A stretch of 64,000 nt of DNA, taken from NCBI GenBank assembly GCA_013166775.1, contig JABLTJ010000008.1, positions 52,564 to 116,563 on the forward strand. The letters are read 5' to 3'. The DNA is from Promethearchaeati archaeon (GTDB taxonomy: Archaea; Asgardarchaeota; Heimdallarchaeia; Heimdallarchaeales; Heimdallarchaeaceae). Under the pieces are notes generated by a model, which saw only the letters and a list, made by a program, of their open reading frames with translations, searched no databases and was not told where the DNA came from. The position numbers were made by a program, and so were the translations under genes. Positions 20,201-29,339 of the stretch are shown piece by piece (within the stretch, counting starts at the first letter, position 1; each line of letters starts with the position of its first letter).

Positions 20201-21596
20201 AGTAAATAGAATATCCTCTCGTTGCAGAGATAGAAACATTCACTTCATTACCTATGGAAATGCTGTAGTTTTTTGGATTTCTTACATTTATTGATGGATG
20301 ACGACTAATTAGTTCTACTTCTATATTATTTGTCTCACTCGTTGTAAACGCTATTGATTTCCCGTAGACCTCATATTCAAATTCAGCGAAATAACTTCCA
20401 TTACTTACAGAGATAAATGCTTCACCGTTCTCATCAGAATAAGTACGATATGTTTTCGCACCTGTTACTTTTTCATGTTTATCTTGACTAAAAACATCTA
20501 TTTCCACTCCTTCTATTGGCTCATCTTCATCAGTAATTACTCTAAAATTAAGGTTTCTTTGAATATATGGAACAAGAACTGTAATTATCCTGTCAATTCC
20601 TAAAATTAATTCCATAGGTTCAGAAAGTAATCCTTCCACATCCGCTTGTATTTCGTACTCACCAAATGGAAGAGTAACAGAAATCGAATTGGAATTGAAA
20701 ATGATTTCTTCTTTGATTACATTACCTTTTCCACTCCTGATGTATACGGTTGCATTTAAATTCACTATATTATTAGGTGTAGCAATATTCACAGTGAGTT
20801 GATATTCACTAGTTACAATTTCCCTGACTCTTTCTTTTGATACCTGATTTAGATCAATTTTAACACGTATGTGAGTTATATAGTTTGAAGATTCGAATGC
20901 AAAGAATTGTCCTATCCAGAGCGGGGCAATAATCTCATCATCTAGAAGTGTATTTGTTACAAAGATCGATTTGATTTTGAATTCCATCACTGCATTTGAT
21001 CTTGTGGAGTACACTACAAATAAATCACCTACTTCCAAATTATTCCTACTAGCGAATTTGGTCCCTATACTGATTTCATAGGTATCATTGCGGTCTAGAG
21101 GTGCTCCATCAATATAGTTAACATCCGTAAATTCCCAGAATTTGTTTATATCTACACCGCGAAAGTAAACTGCTTTATCTTTGTACACTGCAGCTGTCAT
21201 GACTTCTGGACTTACATCCATAACACCTGGAACTGTTCTAACTGTTTCAGCTAATTCTAAAGGCAATATACTTGTATAAGGAGTAGAAGCTAGAGGATTA
21301 GATATTACAAGAATGTTCTCACTTTCTCCAAGATAAGATGAAGTCGCATCTATTATACTATCCATGAGAATAGCTCCACCTGTTATTATAGTAGAGCTTA
21401 TGAGAAAACCTAGAAATGCAATGAAGATTCTTTTCTTTGGAAGAATGTTGTATAAGAAGATCTGGTGTAAGAACTGTTGAAAAGTGTCGATAAGATAGTG
21501 AAAAGCATGGAAAATTCCGCGGAAAACGGGACGAATAAGGGAGTAAAAAATATAGCGGAAAAAGACCTTGATAGGTATAAGTAAATCAGTCATCAT
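17283..21596 (-). CDS. Giant FtsX/MacB-family ABC permease with about 1000-aa extracellular insert of Ig-like repeats
   Basis: MacB-type periplasmic core (VMDVSPEV, FRGVD, ITHIRVKI), beta-rich repeats (DNSAPNI, DLAGN), C-terminal ESRRETTIVRMIGGT FtsX motif. Confidence 0.8.
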   Translation of the reverse strand: MMTDLLIPIKVFFRYIFYSLIRPVFRGIFHAFHYLIDTFQQFLHQIFLYNILPKKRIFIAFLGFLISSTIITGGAILMDSIIDATSSYLGESENILVISNPLASTPYTSILPLELAETVRTVPGVMDVSPEVMTAAVYKDKAVYFRGVDINKFWEFTDVNYIDGAPLDRNDTYEISIGTKFASRNNLEVGDLFVVYSTRSNAVMEFKIKSIFVTNTLLDDEIIAPLWIGQFFAFESSNYITHIRVKIDLNQVSKERVREIVTSEYQLTVNIATPNNIVNLNATVYIRSGKGNVIKEEIIFNSNSISVTLPFGEYEIQADVEGLLSEPMELILGIDRIITVLVPYIQRNLNFRVITDEDEPIEGVEIDVFSQDKHEKVTGAKTYRTYSDENGEAFISVSNGSYFAEFEYEVYGKSIAFTTSETNNIEVELISRHPSINVRNPKNYSISIGNEVNVSISATRGYSIYYYADGNFGDLREYYIAEEGEIAPPGILVPFDEGVHSITVIVFNKDYPGSEDRSKNYGETTVFFSVSHSLPENLIFSNAVNGTHLPPSTTLFLNTSLCVCQTAIYKWNNEAWNILTGYEIKSPSEIGIHKLIVKAATGTESKEWIFFFIIENSPQKIGLIGLPIHYQIMGGEELHVWYEFAATIAQYRWDTQLDTSIPPGFTIPTASLNEGNHTLYLSVYVLSQWHNRSYDLTIDNSAPNITLSYVNQTILEAGENIFYDSNETLSWLKYSWDSLPYSFDYKNKIKVPVENGVHSLNITACDLAGNIVKYYYEFTTENFTGSTPIDFYLLYELDGIISQGFIDIEVFSNTPVFTIEYLIEGSITVQGLLEQPKRIYLFPGDYNLTIKYAVNIFESRARKWSFTIIDGFNSSYLYSTTVNSSYSGDISIYFPYYDYNETIDGETSLHLTDGNFFAISYQIGMIENIHEQWLIIDTTLPQIKINSPQKGEGESIVLLDLDSDATEILFQLDNEDTVYVYDRLYYLEYSVDGKHTLKFTLTDSYYNQRMVSYSFITGLTYANVNLTLQEIIGDLFVPLQDLTISIKSYYNDTVWQGITNEEGVISFDIFTGKYNVSFNYKSKQYMYELKTSEGLTREISVGRLNATINVQDIYANYPMNHVSLVIRDTSGNRIRTLVTDSNGQYFTQFFNGDYICYYKIQSKIYSIPFQIYSNNQEVYLKIISPKREVFFDFRYDNGSLVYNIPLIFNTTIDGEIHTTTGLYSGVSLWISYSLVNVTVTLKSGEILELRRSFEPGKETITIILPTVTEEQWLKIPFKPIAGFAFIISASLEYMDYYLKGSLLFTYTLAYAEVILILLVVIVNMYSILQNVFKESRRETTIVRMIGGTNLNTIMAIFSRIGFVSLIASLIGYGIGTAVIKLLANVNQTVFFGHTFSPSGGGGLFLLNMALILLTALISSILIARKTKKIKKITYTRR

Positions 21597-22768
21597 AGAT
21601 CCTCCCTTATAACCTTGATTTTTGCAGCTTCAATTGAAGGATAAATTCCTGATACTATGGATAAAGAAACCGAGAGAAGGAAAATTATTCCTATGAGACT
21701 CCCATTAATGTTTAACGCTATAAATGGCAGCCCAGTTATAGCTGATACAACAGCTACAATTCCGCTTACACTTAGGTAACCTACTATAATCGCAAGAATA
21801 CCTGCAATCACTCCAATAAATAAGGATTGTATCATAAAGAGGAGAATAATGTGAAATTTAGTTGAGCCTATAGACCTTAAGACAAATATCTCTTCTTCAC
21901 TTTCTTTAACCAAAGTATAAATGCTGTAAGTTATCGAAACCAGCATTAAAACAAAGAATAGTATCTCTAAGAGTGTAAGTGTTCTAATAACCTCATCTGT
22001 AGCGTAAATTATGAAATTTTGAGTTTGTTTTTCTTCAGTTAGCTCTAAATTTTTAAATTCAGCTTGAATTTCACTTATGATTGTTCCTACCTCTCTGGTA
22101 TCCATAATATATAATTCAATAAAAGATACAAAATTCAAGGCTGTATTAAACTCAAAATTGTCTATAGAAGCTAGTATTTCAATATCGAATTCTTGGCCTG
22201 ATTCAATAATATTCGTAATAGTGAAACTATCATTCACTACTGTATCAGCAATTTCGTTTAGCTGAATTACATCGCTTTTGACCTCTATTTCTGCTCCTAC
22301 TCCTGCTGATAGCATACTCTTTAATTGTTGTCCCATAATTATTTCATCTTTATCAGGTGTAATTAGGGTATACGAGTAACTATGTCTCTGATACAGTTCG
22401 AACGTTGTGAAATTCAATAGTCTTAAATGTGTATTAATTTTCTTTTCCGTTTCTCCTACGACTGAAACCTCAAAATACAATTGGGGAAGAATAATATCAA
22501 CATTTGGAGTTTTTTCTGAATATTCCTCTAAAAAGCTTAAAACTTCCAAATCGATTCTACTCTCTGAAAGACTTTGACCTCCTTCTGTTATCAGAAGAAA
22601 GTTGGATGGTTGAACAATAGAAGCCATACCACTTATATTGGCTGCATAACCCCCAACTAGAAGTACAGTAGCGATATATATCACTAATGCTAAGGTAAGT
22701 GTAATTATTGCTTGAAATGTCCTCTTCCTATTATGAAAAAAGAACCGTACAACAAATCTTAACATCAC
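21593..22768 (-). CDS. FtsX/MacB-family ABC permease
   Basis: EEEIFVLRSIGST, 4-TM layout, SGIYPSIEAAKI; overlaps next gene by 4 bp. Confidence 0.88.
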   Translation of the reverse strand: MMLRFVVRFFFHNRKRTFQAIITLTLALVIYIATVLLVGGYAANISGMASIVQPSNFLLITEGGQSLSESRIDLEVLSFLEEYSEKTPNVDIILPQLYFEVSVVGETEKKINTHLRLLNFTTFELYQRHSYSYTLITPDKDEIIMGQQLKSMLSAGVGAEIEVKSDVIQLNEIADTVVNDSFTITNIIESGQEFDIEILASIDNFEFNTALNFVSFIELYIMDTREVGTIISEIQAEFKNLELTEEKQTQNFIIYATDEVIRTLTLLEILFFVLMLVSITYSIYTLVKESEEEIFVLRSIGSTKFHIILLFMIQSLFIGVIAGILAIIVGYLSVSGIVAVVSAITGLPFIALNINGSLIGIIFLLSVSLSIVSGIYPSIEAAKIKVIREDL

Positions 22769-22858
22769 TAATCACATTGCTCTTCCTACTATCTAAAAAC
22801 TGTCGATATAAAAGTTTCTAAAAGAGAAAAAGATTGGTTATCCTCCCAGGTATAATGA

Positions 22859-24181
22859 TCACATCGGAGCTACTAATACAAAGTAAATTAATCTTTGAAT
22901 TATTAGTGTCAAATAGATTGCTACACCAACAGCAAAAAGTGATGGGACTCTTGTTTTTGATGGAGTTACTCTGTTTACTCCCAGACCTAAGTATAACAGA
23001 AAACCATAGAAGAATATATTCACAGGAATACCTGTAATCAGCTGATAGAGAGCAGTTATTTGTTCTGTTCTCCAAATCTCTCTATCTCTCGGATGAAATC
23101 CTACTGCTTCAAGATACTTAACTCCTGCAAAAATATAACATATTATTAGGATGAACATAGCAATGGATGCTATGTAAACAGCATTTCTGTATATTTTTCT
23201 CCACTTTCTTTCTCCCAATAAAAGTGAATAAATTAGTGGAAAAACAAACACCCAAGTAGCCCAAGTTAGTAGTCCAATTATCATCTGATCTAATATATCA
23301 CTAGAAAGGGGATCTGCGAAATTAAAAGGTTGGTCCAATTCTGGAAATAGCCCTCCTGGAAAGAGTGGAAACACTGTTAATTCAGTGAAATATCCTCCAG
23401 AAAATATCATAAAGCTTGTATAAATCAGAAACGAAACAAGAATTGTAAACAAGAAGTAATTTGGAAGCAATTCCGAATAGCTTGCTCTTGTTGGTCTAGC
23501 TATATAATCTCTTGAGAATCTAAAAATATCTTTAACATGTGTAAACTTGAACAACAAAAACACTGCTATAGCTGGAATCGCTACTACTGCTATCAGTAAT
23601 AAAAGGTATAACACAAAGCCGACTGGGTCACCAATTTTAATCAGCAAATTATCCCAAACAAAAGTCTTAATGCCGAATTCTGGCATTCCTAGGATTGGAG
23701 GAGAACCAAAAATTAATAATGTATACCAGCATAAAGCTAATGTTACAAAAACTGTTGAAAGATAATCCCAAATCCTAAATTTCCGTTTTTGTGTATCAAG
23801 ATACCAGAGTTTCTTGTAGATGATTTCAGTAGCATCAACTTCAAAATCTGTTAAAACTAGCCCATCGATTCGGAGCTCACCATACTTTTCAAAGAATCTT
23901 TTGGAAATCATACCAAGAAGTTCGTATGTATCCTTAACATCCATTCTCTTATCTACAGTGAGAACGAAGAGTAAATCACCTTCTTCCTCTTGGAAAATAA
24001 TTCTAGAGGTAATAAGCTCGAACTCGGAAATTTTTTCTCTTTGAGTTTCAGAAGCCATGGAGTAAATCGCACTCATCAACCCTCCAGTCAGTGCAACATC
24101 AACAGCTTCTTCAGTTTTTTCAAATTCTTGACTATAAAATATCTGACCATAAGTTGTAAGAATCAGAAGATTTTTTATCAC
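22859..24181 (-). CDS. Longin-domain protein fused to about 7 TM helices
   Basis: MIKNLLILTTYGQIFYSQEF...LTGGLMSAIYSMASE...LLFVLTVD...ISKRFFEKYG is a sedlin/sybindin-type longin pattern; seven hydrophobic segments follow. Confidence 0.75.
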   Translation of the reverse strand: MIKNLLILTTYGQIFYSQEFEKTEEAVDVALTGGLMSAIYSMASETQREKISEFELITSRIIFQEEEGDLLFVLTVDKRMDVKDTYELLGMISKRFFEKYGELRIDGLVLTDFEVDATEIIYKKLWYLDTQKRKFRIWDYLSTVFVTLALCWYTLLIFGSPPILGMPEFGIKTFVWDNLLIKIGDPVGFVLYLLLLIAVVAIPAIAVFLLFKFTHVKDIFRFSRDYIARPTRASYSELLPNYFLFTILVSFLIYTSFMIFSGGYFTELTVFPLFPGGLFPELDQPFNFADPLSSDILDQMIIGLLTWATWVFVFPLIYSLLLGERKWRKIYRNAVYIASIAMFILIICYIFAGVKYLEAVGFHPRDREIWRTEQITALYQLITGIPVNIFFYGFLLYLGLGVNRVTPSKTRVPSLFAVGVAIYLTLIIQRLIYFVLVAPM

Positions 24182-24242
24182 AGTTTATTCCCCTTTCTTA
24201 TATCTCTCTATATGAAAACTCTAGGCTAAAAATCTTGTGGCG

Positions 24243-24268
24243 AAAAAAACAACATGTGTGAGTTGTTT
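24243..24268 (-). terminator. Possible terminator after ahcY (7-bp hairpin plus T-run)
   Basis: On the minus strand AAACAAC-tcacacat-GTTGTTT followed by TTTT. Confidence 0.35.
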
Positions 24269-24294
24269 ATTAGAAGAGGAGAAAGTGGAGGAAA

Positions 24295-25548
24295 TTATGT
24301 TCCTTCAAAATATGCATCTTTATATTTTTCTTGTTCTGATGAAAGTTTATCTATTTTATACCCCATCAATTTTAGTTTCAAACCAGCAATCCTTTCATCT
24401 TGTTCTCTTGGAATATCATAAACGATATTTTCTAATTTTTTCCCCGATTCAGCAAGATAGATTAAGCTCAGTAACTGATTTGCGAAAGACATATCCATCA
24501 CCTCTGAAGGGTGTCCTTCAGCTGCAGATAAATTAACGAGTCTTCCTTTTGCAAGCAGATAGATTTTTCGACCGTCCTCCAGAGTATATTCTTCATTATT
24601 TTCTCTTAATTCTCTTTTTGATTTTGATAGATTTTCAAGTTCCCCAATATTAATTTCAACATCATAGTGACCTGTATTGCAAATTATAGCTCCATCCTTC
24701 ATCTTTTCAAAATGCTTACCTACAAGAATATCTTTCATACCAGTTGCTGTAATGAAAAGATCACCCTTGCTGGAAGCTTCATCCATTTTCATGACTCTAA
24801 ATCCATCCATAGCAGCTTTCAAAGCTTGAATTGGGTCTACTTCTGTTATGATTACATCAGCTCCCAAACCTGAAGCATTTTTAGCTAATCCCCTTCCACA
24901 ATGTCCATAGCCTGCAATTACAACTATTTTTCCTGCAATAATAATATTAGTTGATCTTAATACACCATCTAAAGTTGATTGACCTGTACCATAGTAATTG
25001 TCGAAATCACTTTTTGTCTCAGCATCGTTAACCGCAACAATTGGGTAAAGTAATTTTTTTGCTCTATCCATAGCTCTCAATCGATGGACGCCCGTTGTGG
25101 TTTCCTCTGTTCCCCCAATGATACCTTCTGCTAACTCTTGAAAATCTGAATGCACTCTAAAAATAAGATCTGCTCCATCATCTAACGTTAATGTGGGTTT
25201 GAATTCTAGAACTTTATCTATTGCCCAGTAAAAATCTTCAGTTGTCATTCCATACCAAGCAAAGATTGGAATATCCTCAGCTGCAAGAGCAGCTGCTATA
25301 TCATCTTTTGTTGATAAAGGATTGCAACCACTCCATGCTACTTCAGCTCCAGCTTTAGTCAATGTTTCTACAAGAACTGCGGTTTCTTTTGTAACATGAA
25401 GACAACCAGCAATCTTCATTCCTTTGAGCGGTTTTGTTTCGCTAAATTTCTTACGTAATTCCATTAAAACAGGCATTCTTGATTCTGCCCAATCAATTTT
25501 CTTTCTTCCTTGTTCAGCTAAATTTATGTCCTTTATCTTATAGACCAT
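24295..25548 (-). CDS. ahcY: Adenosylhomocysteinase
   Basis: GCLHVTKETAVL, CNPLST, LDDGADL, EETTTGVHRL, FDNYYGTGQS, GRLVNL, GHPSEVMDMSF. Confidence 0.98.
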   Translation of the reverse strand: MVYKIKDINLAEQGRKKIDWAESRMPVLMELRKKFSETKPLKGMKIAGCLHVTKETAVLVETLTKAGAEVAWSGCNPLSTKDDIAAALAAEDIPIFAWYGMTTEDFYWAIDKVLEFKPTLTLDDGADLIFRVHSDFQELAEGIIGGTEETTTGVHRLRAMDRAKKLLYPIVAVNDAETKSDFDNYYGTGQSTLDGVLRSTNIIIAGKIVVIAGYGHCGRGLAKNASGLGADVIITEVDPIQALKAAMDGFRVMKMDEASSKGDLFITATGMKDILVGKHFEKMKDGAIICNTGHYDVEINIGELENLSKSKRELRENNEEYTLEDGRKIYLLAKGRLVNLSAAEGHPSEVMDMSFANQLLSLIYLAESGKKLENIVYDIPREQDERIAGLKLKLMGYKIDKLSSEQEKYKDAYFEGT

Positions 25549-25645
25549 GATTTAAACAAATATTAGTTTCTTAAAAATATGTCGAGAACAGTGATGTGTA
25601 CTAGTAAACATAACATTAATTTAATACTGTTTTCAGCTGAACGTA

Positions 25646-26356
25646 ATGATAGAGAAAACTTCACCACTTATTATAGCGCATAGAGGTTCATCAGAAGAAG
25701 CTTATGAGAATTCAATGGAAGCTTTCAATCTTGCAGTTTCACAGAAAGCTGATATGATAGAATTAGATTCTCATTTAACTAGTGATGGTATTTTCATAAT
25801 ACACCATGATAAAAATATTGTATTTGAAAATAAAAAATATCTAATAAAAGAAACTCCATTCAAAGTTATAGAAAAGATACAATTGCCAAATGGTGAGAGT
25901 ATTCCAATTTTGGAAGACGTTTTAAATGATTTATTACCAAACATTCAATTTAACATTGAGATCAAGTGCAAGATAAACAAGCAAGAACTAGATATTTTAC
26001 TCAAGAGAGTTGGACAAGATAATACCAGAATTGTCGTCAGTTCTTTTAGAAGAGATGTTATGCATGAATTGAAATCTTCAAACATGGAATACAGATTAGC
26101 TTTTCTTTATATGATTCCAAGTACTGTAAGTAGGAGAATGTCTGATAAAAGTTATATTCACTCCTTGAATGCTTATCACAAATTCCTTTCCTCCAGAATT
26201 ATTGAACTATATCACAAAAAGAACAAAGAAGTAAACGCTTGGACAGTCAATAGGGAAGATGACATTAAGAAGTTTGTAAGATTGGGAGTAAACGGTATAA
26301 TTACAGATCATCCACCTAGAGCTATGAAAATAATTAAATCAATTAATCAAGTCTAA
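25646..26356 (+). CDS. Glycerophosphodiester phosphodiesterase
   Basis: IAHRG, EN, IELD, HHD, NIEIK, WTVN, GIITDHP. Confidence 0.93.
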   Translation: MIEKTSPLIIAHRGSSEEAYENSMEAFNLAVSQKADMIELDSHLTSDGIFIIHHDKNIVFENKKYLIKETPFKVIEKIQLPNGESIPILEDVLNDLLPNIQFNIEIKCKINKQELDILLKRVGQDNTRIVVSSFRRDVMHELKSSNMEYRLAFLYMIPSTVSRRMSDKSYIHSLNAYHKFLSSRIIELYHKKNKEVNAWTVNREDDIKKFVRLGVNGIITDHPPRAMKIIKSINQV

Positions 26357-27069
26357 TCTTCAATTCTCTTGATTAAAGAGAACGTATATTCTTGCCAATC
26401 TGTGATAGAATTTATCCTTTCGAAAGTTTTTTTCATATCAACATCTTCTACATAAAATATCATACTAACGATTTCAGGAGTGAAGCCATTCTCTATGACA
26501 CCTCGGTAATCTTTAGGCTCTTCAATAATCTCTAGTTGATATGTGTCATTCTTTGAAACCATCAGCTCAATGAGCTCAGGTTTGATTCCCTTTTCAATTG
26601 TATTGTAAATTTGTATGAACTCTGTTTTCTTAGCTAGTTCTTTGCTGACCCTAAGCATTGAGGAGGAGTACCCCCCCTCATCAATGAAACTTGGGATTAA
26701 CCAAAACGATTGACTTGGAAGAGTTATTTCTATATTGGAAACCTTGTTCTTATCTTTGATACTCTCTATATCCTGTATCAGTTGATTAGCGGTAGTAATA
26801 TTTTGGTGAGTTTTCATAATTACTATCTCATCAACAATTAGAGAATCGATTGTTTTCTCTGATTCTTCATCTTGTTCTTTTTCTAGAAACCAGATAAGAT
26901 ATCCTATTTTTTCACTGTCTTGCTTAATCAAGTTAATTTTTGCTTTCTTTGTAAGAAAAGTAGAATCAATCAAATCTTGTGGTGAAATGTCCTTCCCATA
27001 AATCTCTTTGAGTACGTTCTTTAAATCAGTAGAAGCTTCTGGATTGGAAAGCTCTTCTAATGTCATCAA
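26353..27069 (-). CDS. Hypothetical protein with degenerate GNAT-like N-terminal domain
   Basis: KIGYLIW...LIVDEIVIMKTHQN...LIQDIE...IEIT secondary-structure pattern; acetyl-CoA loop not conserved. Confidence 0.45.
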   Translation of the reverse strand: MMTLEELSNPEASTDLKNVLKEIYGKDISPQDLIDSTFLTKKAKINLIKQDSEKIGYLIWFLEKEQDEESEKTIDSLIVDEIVIMKTHQNITTANQLIQDIESIKDKNKVSNIEITLPSQSFWLIPSFIDEGGYSSSMLRVSKELAKKTEFIQIYNTIEKGIKPELIELMVSKNDTYQLEIIEEPKDYRGVIENGFTPEIVSMIFYVEDVDMKKTFERINSITDWQEYTFSLIKRIED

Positions 27070-27181
27070 AAACTTGTAACGCTTTTAATAAATAAAGGTG
27101 ACCATTCAATCTAATTCAATTCTTTAAGTGAACTGAATTTTGAGATAATCAAAAGAAAGGAAAAAAAGGGTTTTACTCCGC

Positions 27182-27589
27182 TTATGATGGAGTAAATACT
27201 GCTGTACCTATTGCTGTACTTTCACCAGAAGAGAAGTTTATTGTTAATGTATATTCTATTCCAATTGTAAAAGATCCAGTAAAAACTATCTGTTTTGTAG
27301 CACCGTTTGATATCGAAAACGGTTCTGTTGAATCTAATACAAGATACGATACTATTGGAGATGCAGATACATCCGTATACAGTATATCGTTACCTTCAGC
27401 TTGGATTGTAATAGTGACTGTATAGTTTAAACCATCACCTGCTAAAACAACGTTGGATTCTTGAACAATTGCTTTTGGTGCTGGATTTAGCATAGGTATA
27501 ACAACTAAAAATACAATTGCTGCTGCAGCTGTTACCAGAGCAATAAGTAGAATTGTTGCGATTACTGGAGATACACCACGTTTTTTCAT
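27182..27589 (-). CDS. Archaeal type IV pilin (class III signal peptide)
   Basis: MKKRG/VSPVIATILLIALVTAAAAIVF N-terminus. Confidence 0.9.
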   Translation of the reverse strand: MKKRGVSPVIATILLIALVTAAAAIVFLVVIPMLNPAPKAIVQESNVVLAGDGLNYTVTITIQAEGNDILYTDVSASPIVSYLVLDSTEPFSISNGATKQIVFTGSFTIGIEYTLTINFSSGESTAIGTAVFTPS

Positions 27590-27640
27590 AAATTTATACT
27601 CCTTTAGATTTTAAAGTAGTCAATTCTTTTTATGTTTCTT

Positions 27641-27658
27641 GTTACTTAAAAAAGTAAC
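27641..27658. promoter_or_regulatory. Palindrome GTTACTT-aaaa-AAGTAAC in divergent promoter region
   Basis: 7-4-7 perfect inverted repeat around a TATA-like tract about 55 bp upstream of the pilin start. Confidence 0.4.
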
Positions 27659-27731
27659 GATAGTATTAAGCGAGCATTTGGACAAAGTCTCTAATTCACG
27701 GTCTTTTGCTAATTAACAATGGTTTATATTA

Positions 27732-28454
27732 GTGTATGTGTTAAGATTATTGAAGAAAATGGACACTACTGCTAATATAATTTTTAGATCAATTAGCGCG
27801 ATATATGAAAGCGCAATTAGTGGTAGTGCTCTTTATCCAACTTTATATTTTGAAGATAATGAGAGAGACAATACATACTATGGTTTTAGATTAAATGAGG
27901 TTATTCCTACTAGATTAATAATACGAACATATGAAGAAGGAAAAAGTTGTTTTGTTGATATGCTGTGGTTTGTGGATGATTCCAAGATCGAAGGTAAAGG
28001 TTGTGTAACATTTTACCCAAAAAGTAATGAGATCGCTGTGAAAGGAGATTCGAAGGATTTTATTTCTAAACTTCAATCTGATGCAACAATTGAAGCATGT
28101 TACAAAGATCTTATTGAACCATCTGGATTTCTGAATAAAGTAATTGTGGGTACTAAGAACTCTTGTCCTTCAAAACTCCAAAACGAAACTAAATTGAATC
28201 TTAGTAATTTACCAACAAATCTATTTGCTTTTTCCAGATCTACTTTGAATCTAAAGAAAATCAAAGATGAATCTTATCAAGATGTTGCTATTAATGGTTT
28301 TCTTGCTGTAATCGATTTATTACACAGATCATTGGAAATACTCAGCTCTCATGCTCAGACAAAACTAGATAGCAAAACATTCTGCATACGATGTGGTGAA
28401 AAACTCCCAACAGATTCATATTTCTGCCCAATTTGTGGAACAAAACAGGGATGA
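27732..28454 (+). CDS. Hypothetical protein with C-terminal zinc ribbon
   Basis: FCIRCGEKLPTDSYFCPICG. Confidence 0.75.
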   Translation: MYVLRLLKKMDTTANIIFRSISAIYESAISGSALYPTLYFEDNERDNTYYGFRLNEVIPTRLIIRTYEEGKSCFVDMLWFVDDSKIEGKGCVTFYPKSNEIAVKGDSKDFISKLQSDATIEACYKDLIEPSGFLNKVIVGTKNSCPSKLQNETKLNLSNLPTNLFAFSRSTLNLKKIKDESYQDVAINGFLAVIDLLHRSLEILSSHAQTKLDSKTFCIRCGEKLPTDSYFCPICGTKQG

Positions 28455-28471
28455 GTTTTCCGCAATATCTT

Positions 28472-28807
28472 TTAAGTGTGATATAATATCTCTGCTTTTT
28501 CAATTAGTTCTAAAGTATCAGTTTGATTAGCTAGATCCCTTGCATTAGGTGAAAAATTATTTGCTACTACAAAACCTCCACTAAGATTTGATCTTTGTAT
28601 TATACGTTCTATGTGAATTATTTTATCAGTACCCACAGACCTTTTCCAATCTAAAATCCACACCCCTACGAGAAGTTCTTTGATTATTATTATAAATTCG
28701 ATTGAATGTTTAGGAGGTCCCTGAATCAAGGATAAATTATGAGTAATATTTCCAAAATTCTTCAAGTATTCTAGAGCTAATTCGATTAGAGGTTTATCTC
28801 GGTCCAT
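28472..28807 (-). CDS. Small Mrr/restriction-endonuclease-fold protein, probably inactive
   Basis: WKRSVGTDKI...GGFVVANNFSPNARDLA resembles the Mrr_cat C-terminal half. Confidence 0.55.
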   Translation of the reverse strand: MDRDKPLIELALEYLKNFGNITHNLSLIQGPPKHSIEFIIIIKELLVGVWILDWKRSVGTDKIIHIERIIQRSNLSGGFVVANNFSPNARDLANQTDTLELIEKAEILYHT

Positions 28808-28914
28808 AAGTCACACGCAGACAAAGTTAACAACTATTAAAATATTTGTATGAATTATTTCGAATTTTGTCGGGATTTTTATTGAATTTACATGACTTTT
28901 AGTTCTCTTAAATT

Positions 28915-29241
28915 CTATTCCTCAACTTCAATCTCTATACTTTTAGTATTGCAATGAACCGTCCACTTTCCACCTGATAAAAATGTAAGTAAAAATTCTT
29001 TCTTAAAATCCTTTATTACTTGAATAGCAATAGTATTTGGTTCCTTCTTTGCAAATAATCGAATTTTAACTATTTTTCTATCTTCATCAAAATCCAGAGT
29101 TTCAGGTAATAATTTCCATGAAGGATCACCTAGATATCCTTTAACAATTAGAGTTGTTTGAACTCCTCTTTTTATTTCTTCTTGAAAAATCAATTCTGTA
29201 ATACTAGCTGCTTTCTGAAATTTTTTCATCAAAAGAATCAA
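28915..29241 (-). CDS. Hypothetical beta-rich small protein
   Basis: 108-aa ORF filling the gap; no recognised family. Confidence 0.6.
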   Translation of the reverse strand: MILLMKKFQKAASITELIFQEEIKRGVQTTLIVKGYLGDPSWKLLPETLDFDEDRKIVKIRLFAKKEPNTIAIQVIKDFKKEFLLTFLSGGKWTVHCNTKSIEIEVEE

Positions 29242-29339
29242 GAAAACTCTGAATATAAATTTAGTTATCGATTTTTGTAAAACAACACGCTATCTAATAA
29301 AAGGAAATGTTTTATAGTATCTGATATACAAAAAGAATA

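Noticed and set aside
22859-23800. 7-TM domain as a rhodopsin/heliorhodopsin or GPCR
   Set aside because: No retinal-binding lysine in the last helix and no recognisable GPCR or rhodopsin motifs
25586-25640. Possible second C/D-box RNA (GTGATGT...CTGA)
   Set aside because: No internal D'/C' boxes; better explained as a divergent promoter region
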